49,857 bases of DNA from Priapulus caudatus (GCF_000485595.1 NW_014577074.1:1191732-1241588), one strand, 5' to 3'; counted from the first letter of the stretch, positions 11,313 through 23,640 are shown. Numbers and translations are program-made. The notes: a model not told the origin generated them from the letters alone.

Positions 11313-11436
11313 GTCATGTTGATTTTACGCTTGAAGTAGAGCGTTCTCTGAGGGTGCTGGATGGTGCTATAGCCATTTTGGATGGTTCAGCTGGTGTGGA
11401 AGCGCAAACTCTAACTGTCTGGAAACAGGCAAACAG
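11313..11436 (+). CDS. GFM2: EF-G2mt exon 4
   Basis: [39 protein letters not shown]. Confidence 0.93.
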
Positions 11437-11687
11437 GTATTGTGGGCAGAGGTAGAGTGCAGAGTGCAGAGCCCTAGGAAATTTATATGCAATGTACAGG
11501 CACACAATTTATCCCAATTGTTACCTATACTTGCCATATAAGTTGACCCCTTCTTTGAACTTGATAATACGTTCTTGAGATCCTTGACTGATGATATTTC
11601 GATACCAGTAGAGTAAAGATTCAATAATACTTTTATGAGATTAGCAATTATTAATGCAGCTCAGTCTCTTCGATCTTGTGTTTAAAG

Positions 11688-13164
11688 GTACGGAATACCC
11701 CGCATTATATTCCTGAACAAGATGGATAAGAATAATGCGGATGTTAATCCATGCCTTCAATCACTCAAGGACAAGCTAAACTGTGTTCCCATACAAACCC
11801 AACTTCCCATTGGGAAGGGTAAAAACTTCCAAGGTGTTGTTGATCTCGTCTCCATGGTAGCATATAAATGGGAAGCCGGGAGTTCAGACGATGGACAAAG
11901 CTACATGCAGAGAAATTTGATGCCAAAATCTGGAGAGCTATTTGATAACGCGTTGGACGCAAGGAACAAGATGGTGGAATGTATAGCTGATCTTGATGAT
12001 GGCATTGCAGAGCTATTACTTTCCCGCGAGGATGCGAACAAGATCAGTGCAGAAGAACTGGAGTCGGGAATGCGTAGGCTAACTCTTGCCAATAAAGGTT
12101 TTCTCGTCTTTCTAGGAAGTTCGTTCAAGAAGAAAGGTGTTCAGATGCTGCTGGACGCTGTTGTCAAGTATTTACCTTCTCCATTAGACAGAGACTACTC
12201 CTTTGCAAAGCATTATGAAGGAAACCTGTGTGCGCTTGCTTTTAAAATTGCCTACGACAAACAGAGAGGACTACTCTCATATGTCAGAGTATACTCTGGA
12301 TCCCTGGCGAGCAAAGCTGAGATCTACAACATGAACCGAGACTGCAGGGAACATGTGCAACGAGTTTACGAACCTTACGCCGACGACCTCAAGGAAGTGC
12401 CTGCGGTTGCCGAGGGAAACATCGCCGTGGTTACGGGCATGAAGCATACGGTAACAGGTGACACGCTCGTGACAAGTGCGGTCGTTGCCAAAGCGGCTCA
12501 CAGGAAGGCTCAGGTGAAAAACAAAGATGCCAGCTTGTCGTCGGTGCTGCCCGGCATGAACGTGCCCGATCCCGTGTTCTTTTGCACCATCGAGCCTGCA
12601 TCTCTCTCACACCAGAAGCCTCTCGAGGTTGCTCTCGAACATCTCCAGAAGGAGGACCCAAGCCTTCACGTAACGATCGATGCGGATACGGGCCAGACCG
12701 TCCTCTCGGGAATGGGCGAGCTCCATCTGGACATCATCATTGACAGGATAAAGACGGAGTACAAGGTCGACTGCGACCTCGGTCCGCTGCAGGTCGCGTA
12801 CCGGGAGACCGTCTTGACGGACGTGACGAAGACGCTGACGCTGGATCGCACTCTCGGCAATGTCCGACACCAGGTGTCGCTGACGCTGTCCTGCGTGCCG
12901 ATGCCGGACGCGGGCGTCGTCACGTCGGTCCGACTTGTAAACACCAAGGACAGCAACCTGGGAACGATCCGCAGGGATCACCTACAGGCGGTGGAGAGCG
13001 GCGCCGTGTCAGCATGCATGTACGGTCCAATGCTTGGGTTCAAGGTCGTAGATGTCGGCTTGAGGCTCCATGCCATCGAGGTTGGACGGGGAACCTCTGT
13101 AGCCATGATTGCGTCGTGTGCGTCCGAGTGTGCGTCTCAGGCCCTCCGTGAGGCTAATATGCAG
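11688..13164 (+). CDS. GFM2: EF-G2mt exon 5
   Basis: YGIPRIIFLNKMDK (G4)..LPSP..EDPSL..TGQTVLSGMGELHLDIIIDRI..LQVAYRET; donor cag|gtaggg. Confidence 0.95.
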
Positions 13165-13486
13165 GTAGGGTCAAGAGTTCATCATAAACAGATTTTATAA
13201 CTGTCATTGTGAGCTCTCGTTTGGATATTGCGTCGACAGTAAGCCAGAGTAAGCTCGTTTTTGAATACCTATCGTGCACTGAAAACGTTAGGGTGAGGCA
13301 GGGAATTATCCGAAAGCTTAGCGGAAAATCAATTTGCGTAATAGCGGAAAATAATTCGTGAAGGATGGTTAGGAGAATTGCACGACGAGACCATTTTCTG
13401 TGCACTCGGGGCAGGGTACATCGTTGAGATAAATAGCATATGGATGGTGATTTAGATAAACATTCGTCTCTCTGCTTCTCCTGCAG

Positions 13487-13786
13487 CTGATGGAGCCCGT
13501 GATGCTACTAGAGATCAGCGTCGAGGAGCGCCACCTACATGGAGTTATCGCCGACTTGTCGCGCCGGCGGAGTCACTTGTTGCAGATTGAGCCGCGTGCG
13601 AATTACCGCGTCGTGCACGCGAAGACGCCACTGTCGGAGCTGATGGGCTACTCGACGGCAATGCGCACTCTCACATCGGGAACCGGCAGCTTCTCGATCG
13701 AGCTCGATAGCTATCAGCCGATGACACACGACGAGGAGGGCAGGGTGTACGAGCGTGTGACAGGGTTCACGCGTCCCATCGGCTAG
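13487..13786 (+). CDS. GFM2: EF-G2mt exon 6 (domain V)
   Basis: LMEPVMLLEI..DLSRRRS..PLSELMGYSTAMRTLTSGTGSF; TAG at 13784-13786; AATAAA at 14001. Confidence 0.93.
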   Translation: MMEPVMLLEISVEERHLHGVIADLSRRRSHLLQIEPRANYRVVHAKTPLSELMGYSTAMRTLTSGTGSFSIELDSYQPMTHDEEGRVYERVTGFTRPIG

Positions 13787-13991
13787 CTGGCTGTCCGTGC
13801 GTGTGTGCGTGCGTGCGTGCGTATGGTGACACAGAATGAACAGGGTGTGGGTGTACGAGCGTGTGACTGAGTTCACACGTCCCATCGGCTAGCTGGCTGT
13901 CCGTGCGTACTGGCGTGCGTATGGTGACACAGAATGAACAGGGCAGGATGTTCGAACGTGTGACAGGGTTCACGAGTCCCATATCAGCTAG
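13741..13991 (+). repeat. ~100-bp tandem repeat (about 2.5 units) spanning the GFM2 stop codon
   Basis: cagggtgtacgagcgtgtgac..gttcac.cgtcccatcggctagctggctgtccgtgcgt..atggtgacacagaatgaa repeated at 13741, 13841 and 13940. Confidence 0.85.
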
Positions 13992-14300
13992 TGGTGTGTT
14001 AATAAAAAATTTGTGCAAACACATTTTTTCTTGTACGCATAATTAATTCATAATGGTACAGTACATGTAAACAGCTAGATGGGGCTACCCGGGAAAACGG
14101 GTAAATCTCCTATTAATGATTCTGAAAAAATCCCACCCGTTTTTCAAGAAAATGAGATTTTCGTCTTTGATATTCCAAGGACGTGACTTTGAAGAAACAT
14201 CTCTATGTTTAGCATTTTACACCAGTGATAAATTTGGGTAAAAATAGCCATCCTTAATAAGTAGGAATGTGGTTGTGTGCCCCAGAATGCCCCTCCTGTG

Positions 14301-14744
14301 GAGTGGCGTAGCCAGGATTTTTTAACAGGGGGGGCCGAAAACATCGAACTGCGCAAAATAGTGGATGACTTAATACTTTAATGGTTCCTCCGCCTCCCAC
14401 CTCTCAGCTCTGCAATCTTTGTTATGCGCGCCATGCAAAGAGGCGATATTTTTGTTCGTTGTTCTCTGCTCCCATGATAAGTAACTGCATGTTCTGTGGC
14501 GGATCCAGGATTGCAAGGAGGGGGGTGAAAAAGAGGCGGGGGGGGTATGGGGGTCCTCCCCCAGAAAATTTTGAAAATATAGATCGCAGGCGATGGTATT
14601 TGAGGCACTTTTGAGTACATGTACAGCCTTCATTCTGACTACGACAATTCTCTTTTTAGTGGAACAATTCTTTTTTTTAACTTTCGGATCAACAGGGGGC
14701 CATGCATGGCCCCCTTTGCCCCCCCCCCCCTAACTACGCCACTG
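14301..14744. mobile_element. hAT-like MITE
   Basis: 8-bp TSD ctcctgtg (14293-14300, 14745-14752); TIR gagtggcgtag / ctacgccactg. Confidence 0.85.
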
Positions 14745-15239
14745 CTCCTGTGGTAAACAGCAGACGTAAGAAGACCGCTAAACATGATAGTTATGTAATA
14801 AAGACAAATCAACTAAACAAATAGATTGCTAACAGAAATGTACAATTTCACACGAATAGTATATGAAATCGTTAACCACTGATGAACATCACTTTGCATA
14901 CTTTATTTTTTCCATCCAACTAATAGCCATGCATTGATCAAGTACAAACATGTACATCCAAATATGTACAAACCAAACATGTACATATGTACTTTTATTA
15001 CAATTTAATTCGTATAATGTCAAATTTTACCAAGAATATCTTTAGCATTCTGTTTTTCCAGAAAATCTATTCACATTTCCTTTATTTCACCAATGTGTAA
15101 TGTTTTGGAAATATTTTTCAATGTTTTCTAACGTTAATTTATATATCTATATATTTGTTTAAATTACGTTGTTTTTTTAATTAAGCAACCATACGGCACA
15201 GATCAGTAGGCCTACTACTAGATGGACAATAGATCCAAA

Positions 15240-15434
15240 TCATTTTTCTCCCCTCAGAATTCTTTGTTTCGCGTCTTCATTCTGCTCGCCAATACTTTGT
15301 TTGAGTCTCTGGTGCCTCCTGAATACACTGTACTCTTTGCACCAGATAGCTGTCATCACCAGTGCACTGATACCGAGCGCTGCTACGACGCTCTTATTGT
15401 AACCAGCAAACCTGCCAGTGCTCTGAATAGGCAT
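15240..15434 (-). CDS. Candidate 64-aa single-pass membrane micropeptide (COX14-like)
   Basis: MPIQSTGRFAGYNKSVVAALGISALVMTAIWCKEYSVFRRHQRLKQSIGEQ..: one hydrophobic helix followed by a basic RRHQR. CRE tgacgtca at 15495-15502 upstream; minus-strand AATAAA at ~15081. Confidence 0.5.
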   Translation of the reverse strand: MPIQSTGRFAGYNKSVVAALGISALVMTAIWCKEYSVFRRHQRLKQSIGEQNEDAKQRILRGEK

Positions 15435-15838
15435 CGTCGAAACCAAAGAAAACTATACGCGCAGCAGTGCAACTTGTTGACGACTCGCGTGTGATGACGT
15501 CACTTGTTATCTCGTGTAGCTGATGTTTACGTAGCTTATGTGACGATGGCACTGCTGAGTTGGTCGGATCATTCCTGGTCTATACGTGTGTCACGTATAT
15601 ATGTCTTCGCAGATGTCTTCGCTCCTAAAGTTTCTTCAAAGATCGAGGCTGAAAGTTCAATAGTTGGGTTATACGTATTACCAAGAGTAGATAATAACAC
15701 ATGTGTATACATATATGTACCTCGGGTACATATCTGTAGTACCTGATACGACAACGACCACTTCAGCTGTAGTATGCAGATACAATAATGTAACGTACTC
15801 AACCAGAGTAGGGTTACAAAGCCCTCTTGTGGGGTATT

Positions 15839-17462
15839 TATTAGCTCATCTGACATAGTCAGATGCAGCTTGTAGAATCGCTTGATCGTCCGTCCGTCCG
15901 TGCGTCCGTCCGTCAACAGTTGGGCACAAATCTTAACCGCTCGACGTACGGTCACGATATTCGGGACGTGGGGGGGTAATCCGAAAACGAGTTCGGATGT
16001 CGAAGCTGGGGGTCAAAGGTCAAGAGCGTTGTAAATAAGGCGGAACATTCACTCCTTAACTAAGGTATAGGAGGAAATGCAGAATTGCGGCCACAAATCT
16101 AAACGGCTCGACCAGGCCTGGATCAGTCGGTGTATAGCATCATGTAGGAAAAGCCATCACTGTGCCGAAATTGGAGCGTCACAGGTCATAAGGTCAATGG
16201 GCACACGGCAGATTTTAGACATTTTCTGAGGACATGGTCTGACGAGCAATTGAAAAACTTTTTTGTTTTCAGCGGTTGACCTACCATTTTTATGGCTTTA
16301 TTGAAAGGACCATGAAATGTGCTTTCCACTGACGTGTGATGAAGAGTAAGTGTCTGATAACCTTGTGACCTCAAGAGGAGGGATTTAAACATGGAATTGT
16401 TAACTGTTACTGTGTTAGAAAGAATTTGACTGCTGGGTTTTCTAGTAGAATCTATACATGCCTGGATGTATGAGGCTACAATGTCACTGAGTGAAATTTC
16501 AAAAAAGCTAAATTTTGCTTGAAAGAAAGGGTTTATGCTCCTTAAATCGTATAATTTCTATGGCATTCTGTACTGTCAGTGCTGTTAATATGCCACTGCA
16601 GTGGCCACTGCCAAGCTGCACCCCTGGTGGGTGATAGTAAAATTGGTGGTAGTTTTTGCCTGCGTTAATTAGGCTACAGGTGGCAGCTCTCAGCTGGCAG
16701 CCTGTAGGTAGGGTCAAACATGGGATTTGTTTCTCAAACGCTTTGGGAGTACCTGTGGTTGTGGAACGCTCCATGTTTACAGTTTGAAATTCCACACATA
16801 ACATCTTACTTGAACAATGCTTTACTTAGGAGATAAATGAGATTGAGTTATATATGAGATTCTGTAGTGTACACTTATGAAATAGTTTGGAATAAGTCAC
16901 TAGCACTCAAATAATTACCCAGGAGTGAGGCTGTGGATTTCCCAGACTTAATTTTCTCATCAAATTTTGGCACCAATATAGACGCAAATCAAACTGCATG
17001 CAGCGCCCTCTTTCGCACACTCAATATACTCTACTGTAGAAGGAGAATATACTCTATATACTCAATATACTCAATATACTCAATATACTCTACTCTCTAC
17101 TGTAGAATGAGCCTATGAGCGAGAGCGCCATCTGTCGTGGAGTTTGGACGCAAATGTGTACGTTCTTGAGCTTATTCGGTCCACTAATCACTGGCCTACC
17201 TTGTTTTGTTTTTGTTTTAATAGGGTTAGGGTCACAATGCACCATAAAACATTAGTTTCAGGCACGCGATTTGTATCAACCAATGGGATTTGGGAGCCCG
17301 GAGTTATGCAGAATGCAGAAGGTTGCTGAAATGATGTGTACGCAACTGCGTATCTGCATATATCTGCGCCTAACAAAGGTGTCACTACGCACAACGTAAA
17401 TGTTACGTTTATAACCGTAGCAACAGACCTCAGATGAGCCCAGACGCTCTGTGGCTCTTGTT
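15839..17462 (+). mobile_element. HINE copy 2
   Basis: Same 5' module as copy 1; 3' cagatgagcc...ctcttgtt at 17431-17462. Confidence 0.75.
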
Positions 17463-18670
17463 GTATAGTACATGATACAGTTCCTGGAATGTGATTTGAA
17501 CGTGAAATATACCGCGGCCAAGGTTAAAAGGACGGCCACAAGTTGTGCCCTGTAGACACACCGCCACCTTACTGTCCTTAGCCGCCGTAGCAAATCTGCG
17601 CCTTTACCAAGTTCAGGCTAAGGCGTTCAAGGTTACACCACAGCACAATTATTATTGTAATGAAAAGTCAAAATGCCAACAACTGTTTCTTTACACATCT
17701 GATTGTCTCTTTCGCTCTCAAACAAACGTGAAACAACGTTACGTTTACGTCCCACGTTACACAATCTTCCCGATAACTCCAGTCGCTGGAATTTCGCGGG
17801 ATATTACCAAAGACTGTATATAACTTTATACGGTCTTCGATATTACAACCGATATTACCATGTCTCTATACTCGCCGCCTGTATAATACGTACGTGCAGT
17901 CGTCATACAGCGGCGATCAACAGACAGGCTAGACTGGCGCCATAGACGTCGACCACTCGGCGATCACACACTGACACAGTGGCGTGCGCGGTCGCGCACT
18001 GAGCACGCGTCAGAACACGGAGGAGGCAGATTACCGGTGACGTGCAACCTTCCCCGCCTACGCATGAATCGCATATGTGCGGATCGCATGTTCGGCGGCT
18101 GGCGTAATTCCTTAGCTGCACCTGAAGTGATATGTCGGCTGTGCGTTTAGTGCTGATCGTTCGGTTCGTTCCCACGTTTTAACGTGATTAGCGCTGTAAT
18201 CCGTCTGACTTGATCCGACAGGAGATCCTTTTAATGATCAGTCAGTAATAAATTATAGGATCCTACTTGGAACAATTCTACGTTGTTCAAATGAGGAGAG
18301 TGGTCTAGCTGTTTGGATTGGACGATATACATGCTGATTTGGTTGGTGAGTACGAATTCGATATATACAATTATTCATATGTGAATATATTCATGCGAAC
18401 AGCTACAGTGAAATACAAGTTATTGTTTAAGACTATATATAGGCTCGACATTAGATAAAGGTCGTAGGATGTCATGCAGTCATGAGTAATTAAGCTATAA
18501 TTTTGTAAATATATTTTTGGGGGTATATGTCGATCATGTCGCCTGGCACACGTACGTAGAGTATATATAATATACGTATATACGTAATTAAGCGTCATTG
18601 TGTATTGTGGTGTTAATTCCCTAATTAAACTTATCAAAATAAAAATTAATTACGCTTTCATGTATTGAAC

Positions 18671-18733
18671 TAGCTCTAGTACTATAGCCCGCGTTCGGCA
18701 GTTAATCGAACGCGGGCTATAGTACTAGAGCTA
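18671..18733. mobile_element. 63-bp palindromic micro-MITE (TAGCTCTAGTACTATAG family)
   Basis: 27-bp perfect inverted arms; 9-bp TSD gtattgaac (18662-18670, 18734-18742). Confidence 0.85.
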
Positions 18734-18779
18734 GTATTGAACCAGCTACCAGTACATACATATATCATCACTACATGTA

Positions 18780-19265
18780 CTTTGATTTATTTAGGCAATT
18801 ATCCATCATATACAATACATAGCATACTTTTATAATAAAATTTTGAATTCTTAAAATTGGATAATTATCAAGGATATATACACAAAAAGCATGACTAGCT
18901 TATTTACATTTTGGTCCTTGTTTTGCTATGCCTTGAATCTAACAATTACACTATACTATCACCATCAGCACTAACTATTGAAATATACGGATTTGTAGTT
19001 TTAATCGGTCATATAATGGTACATTCTCATAAGACGATACAAACTTTTCTTATGCCTAATTTCAACCGAATTCATTTAGCGAAAATCATACTCCTCTAGC
19101 TGCCTCTGTTTCTACATTTTCCATCAGCAATTTCTTAACACTATACTTAAAACTAGAATAAACAGAATTTGTCCTAACTTGCTGTTATAGAGAGTTCCAA
19201 GCTTCAATTGCAGTATAAGTAAAAAAGTTTTTTCCCACTGCTTCCCACCCTCGGTTTAAAAATAG
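18780..19265 (-). mobile_element. Degenerate Crack/L2-type LINE 3' end
   Basis: Minus strand ~19260-19110 reads, with frameshift and stop, KPRVGSSGKK..YTAIEAWNSL*..SSFKYSVKKLL. This resembles the WNxLP..FK end of CR1-group ORF2. The 3'UTR motif is shared with 4317-4370. Confidence 0.55.
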
Positions 19266-19877
19266 ACATCTCACCTTCCCTTGTATTGAAACTATGGACT
19301 TCTGACGTTAACATGAAACCTTCTGTCATATACTGTTTGCAGAAGGTTTCATGTTAATGTATCACCCCCGCGTTTGGTTCAAGGATAGAGATGATGTCCA
19401 GATTGAGACCTATGTCATTTTCGTAAATGTGGGGGTAGCCTCTTTAAAATCGACAGGGGAGTTCTTGAAGCTGTTGTTTGTTCATTTTCACCGAGAAACA
19501 TTATGTGACTTTACAGGAAGTGTGGAAAAACCGCGTTTAAGCGACACTACTCGCCTGCTTCCGACTGTTTCTCACCATTGCTACGCGCGAGAATTTCCCG
19601 TGATGTTCCTGTGCTACGGCCCTCAAATGTATCTGCGTATTTGCGCGCGGCATTTACGCACTGATACTACTTGCTCTCCGCAGTAAATTACCTGGAAATC
19701 CGTTGATATTCGTCGCTTTTTCGGAAAGTCATAAATGAAATAAGAAACAGTCGGCCATTGCTGTTCACTGTTGTCTACTGCCCTCTCGCGGCCATGTGGT
19801 GATGTATGTGAATTCGCCCCCGCCCCCTCTTCCAGCTGCAGCTTGCTGCGCACATCAGTGTCGCTGGGCGCGCGTAA

Positions 19878-20265
19878 AGCCCGGCGCACACGTGAGTAAT
19901 TTTACTCAAGTAAAATGACGCATGAGTCAAAATACTCACGCGTAATATTTTCAGCGTTTGCCGCACACGTGAGTAAAATTACTCAAGGAATAAGTGGTAA
20001 TGCAGATCATGTGACTGCGCAGCCAATACTGGGCGCACAATGATTTAAACGCATGCACTGTGAGTACCACTGTTGAGTAAATTTACTCAGCGCGCGCGCA
20101 CACGTTGAGTAAAATTACGCATGAGTCAAAAATTATCAAACACATTTGATATTGAGTAAAATGACGCATGCGTCAAATTACTTAACGAAAATCCGCCGCA
20201 CACATGAGTAAAAAGACTCGTGCGTCATTTTACTTGAGTAAAGTTACTTACGTGTGCGCCGGGCT
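19878..20265. mobile_element. Harbinger-like MITE with internal gagtaaaattactc motifs
   Basis: ~50-bp TIRs agcccggcgcacacgtgagtaa.. / ..ttacgtgtgcgccgggct; TAA/TAC flanks. Confidence 0.75.
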
Positions 20266-20272
20266 TACGGGG

Positions 20273-20346
20273 TAGACTGGTACTCGCTCCCACCTCGATT
20301 ACTCATCGAGTAACTAAGCCATGAGGTGCGACCGGGTACCAGTCTA
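20273..20346. mobile_element. Micro-MITE (TAGACTGGT family)
   Basis: TIR tagactggtac / gtaccagtcta. Confidence 0.6.
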
Positions 20347-21495
20347 GCGTCGGGGGGGGGGTGCATACAGTGGGCATACTCACAGGCAGCTAACATCTGG
20401 ACTCGGCTGCTGCCGGCTGCACCGCTGCATACATTCTTCCAGTTCTGTTGGATGCATTCTGTACATTAATTAATATATCTATCTATGTTTCCTAAATTAA
20501 TCTTGGTTACACAAGGATGAATGCTTGCCTGTCTCTTTTCGTCCCTACTTTCATGTCTTTATATCACTCTCTATTATAACTCATGGATATTCCATTATAT
20601 ATATAGTTGAGGGTTGGGTTAGGGTCAGGGTATTAGGCAGGAATTTTTATTTTTAATTTTTAACTTGTTTACATTTGTAAATTTTAAACTTTTTCAATTC
20701 TTTGGCAGTGCAGTTTCAAAACGAACGTCCAAATCCGGCTGCACGCTCGCTGGCTAATACGCACACACACACACATACGCAGACATATAGACACCTAATT
20801 TATGCATTCAACGAATCCCCCCCCCCGCGCTGCCGCTGGCTGGTTGAGCATGTATATGAGTTCCTTCAGTAACAGTACTGTAATAGCTGATTCATTCATG
20901 CCATACACGTGATAATGTCTGCGAGTGGCTCCGTAGCAACCCGACACCCCTATTAAAGAATAACTAGTCCCATACAAACTCATTTACGTTATCGGCCGCG
21001 ACGCGGCAAACGTTTCAACATTTCACCCGTAGGTACGCGCGTAGGTACCAGCCGGCCGCTGTACGTCCGACTCAATGCACATTTCAATTCATCTCCACGT
21101 GCACATTTCGCAACGTTCAACTTTCCACCTTTCCTGTTATCTCACGTTGCAATCACATCACCGCCCGCGCGTCTACATATATATAGCTATATGTATATAT
21201 ATCGGGAGCTAATAATGACAATAATTTGTCATTATTAGCTCCTGATATATATATATATATATCTACACTACGACTCCTTCACCGCATACCGCTACATGAA
21301 TATGTATATACAGGGGTCGAAATTAAATTTTTATTATGGTATCCAATCGGGATACCAGGTATTGAAATCTGGTATCCCCTCCAAAGATCTGGTGTCCCAT
21401 TTATTGGATAATAAATTTCAACAATTTTGGTATCCCAAATCTTGAAATATGCAATAATAGCATTTGAAAATTATTAATATGTAATGTAATTATAA

Positions 21496-21698
21496 GCCGC
21501 GCTCACACGTAGCAAGAAATTCGGTATTTAGCGTTCACACGAGGCAAAATGCGCGGTCCAAGAAATACGGTATCTAAACGGATCCGTATTTGTTGAAATA
21601 CGCGGCTTCCCAGACCCCGAATAATTTGCCGTGCTTGAGAGATACCGGATCTCTTGTATCGCGCATTTCCTCGTGTGAACGCTAAATACCGTATTTCT
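21496..21698. mobile_element. Harbinger-like MITE remnant with internal inverted repeat
   Basis: taagccgcgctcacacg start; cggtatttagcgttcacacgagg (21522) inverted at cctcgtgtgaacgctaaataccg (21669). Confidence 0.5.
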
Positions 21699-21715
21699 GA
21701 AGCCGCCTATTTTTA

Positions 21716-21780
21716 TAGACTGGTCCGCGCTCGACAGTTCCGTGTAACGCGAGTGGAACTGTCGAGCGCGGACCAGTCTA
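21716..21780. mobile_element. 65-bp palindromic micro-MITE (TAGACTGGT family)
   Basis: Perfect arms tagactggtccgcgctcgacagttcc / ggaactgtcgagcgcggaccagtcta; imperfect ~9-bp flanking repeat. Confidence 0.75.
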
Positions 21781-21816
21781 CGTATTTTATTGGCAGTTGG
21801 TGCGCATTGCATTGTT

Positions 21817-22941
21817 TATTAGCTCATCTGACATAGTCAGATGCAGCTTGTAGAATCGCATGAGCGTGCGTCGCGTGCGTCGTCGGTGTGTGTCCGTCAA
21901 CAGTTGGGCACAAATCTAACGCTCGACGTACGGTCACGTATTCGGACGTGGGGGTAATCCGAAACGAGTTGGATGTCGAAGCTGGGGTCAACGGTCAAAG
22001 GTCAAGACGTGTAAAAGAAGGGGGAACATTCCTCCTTAACTTAAGGTATAGGGAGAAATCACAGAATTGCGGCACAAATCTAAACGGCTCGACCTAGGCT
22101 CGTGATAGTCGGTGTATAGCATCATGTAGGAAAAGCCATCACTGTGCCGAAATTGAGGTCACAGGTCAAAGTCAATGGGCACAGGGCAGATTTTAGAAAT
22201 TTTCTGAGGACATGGTCTGACGGAGCGATTGAAAACTTTTTTGGTTCCTAGCATTTTTATGGCTTATTGAAAGGACCATGAAATGTACTTTTGCTGACAT
22301 GCGAAGAAGTAAGTGTCGTATACCTTTTGACCCTCAAGAGGCGGTTAAACATGGATTTGTTACTGCTTTAAAAAGAATTTACTGCCGGGTTTGCTAGTAG
22401 AATCTGATACATGCCTGGATGTATGAGGCTATCAATGTCACAGTGAAATTTCAAAAGCTAAATTTGGTTGAGAAGGTTTATGCTTTTTAATCGTATATTT
22501 CTATGGCATTCTGTACTGTCAGTTGTTACATGTAACGTATGGGCCACTGCCAGTGCATGTGGTGGTGTACTGTGTAATTTTGCCTGTGTTAATTAGTTAC
22601 GGTGGCAGCTCTTATTTCAGCCTGTAGGCTTGCGTAGGTAAATGGATGAGTGCTTACCTATTCTGTCTTGCAGAATGTTGTTGCTACTACGTACGATGGG
22701 AGCTTCCATCTTTAATCTGAAGACACTTAACGTACGCGAATTCTCGTGGCAACTTTCATAACGATCCAATGAACATTCCTTGAGAAGGTTCCTGATACCA
22801 TCCCTGTGCCTTCCACTGTTTCGGCATGTATGTGAACACATTTGGGACTAACGGGTTTACTAGAATCACCACTCCGCACACTCCACCACAGAGTCACCGC
22901 AGTAGACGTTAGATGAGCGCTGTCGCTATGCGGCACTTGTT
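21817..22941 (+). mobile_element. HINE copy 3
   Basis: 5' ttattagctcatctgacatagtcagatg; 3' agatgagcgctgtcgctatgcggcacttgtt. Confidence 0.8.
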
Positions 22942-22950
22942 AGAATATAG

Positions 22951-23640
22951 GATGGCATTTCTATCCCTGCAGTTGGATAGTGTTCTCAGCTATACCAGGA
23001 ACTGGCTACAAGTTACCATCTCGCTTCTCAATACGTGGCTACAGTCGTAATATAGAGCCTGGTGAGACTAACCAGATCCTGCCTATATATAGCGTAGGCT
23101 ATACGCATACACGTCACAACTATCACACCTATCTGACTTTCATTTATTAGAATAGTAATAATAGTATAGGCCCTACGATGGCATTTCTATCCCTGCAGTT
23201 GGATAGTGTTTCCCTATACGTGTACGGTGTACCAGGAACTAGCCACAGCGTAGCTCTAGTAGGGCTTACAGTTACATTGACTGCCGCCGGCAAGTGTACG
23301 CGGACTATAGTACTAGAGCTAGCCACAGCGTACCTTCTCGCTTCTCACTACGTGGGTCCAGTCCAGTGGGTCTCCGTAATATAGAGCCATCTGGTCGGGC
23401 TAACCAGGATCCTGCTTATATGTCGGAGTAATCATTATATTGGAGCGATATATATTGGTACCAATATCAATAATATTGGAGTAAACAAAAAAATACTCCA
23501 AGCCTATATATAGCGTATAGGCTACTCTTATACCAGGAACTATAGCCACAGCTAGGGTACCTTCTCGCTTCTCACTACCTTTCTGCAGTCGTATAGAGCC
23601 TAGTGGGGTTAACCATGCAGGAACCTGCCTATCTAATAGC
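22951..23640 (+). repeat. Degenerate tandem repeat (about 3 units)
   Basis: gatggcatttctatccctgcagttggatagtgtt at 22951 and 23177; taccaggaact..tctcgcttctca..tatagagcc..cctgc occurs three times. Confidence 0.7.
23251..23321. mobile_element. Micro-MITE (TAGCTCTAG family)
   Basis: tagctctagta / tactagagcta ends; 9-bp TSD gccacagcg. Confidence 0.8.

Noticed and set aside
17020..17105. aatatactc 9-mer array as CRISPR-like or coding repeat
   Set aside because: Simple tandem repeat without unique spacers, inside a HINE copy in eukaryotic DNA.
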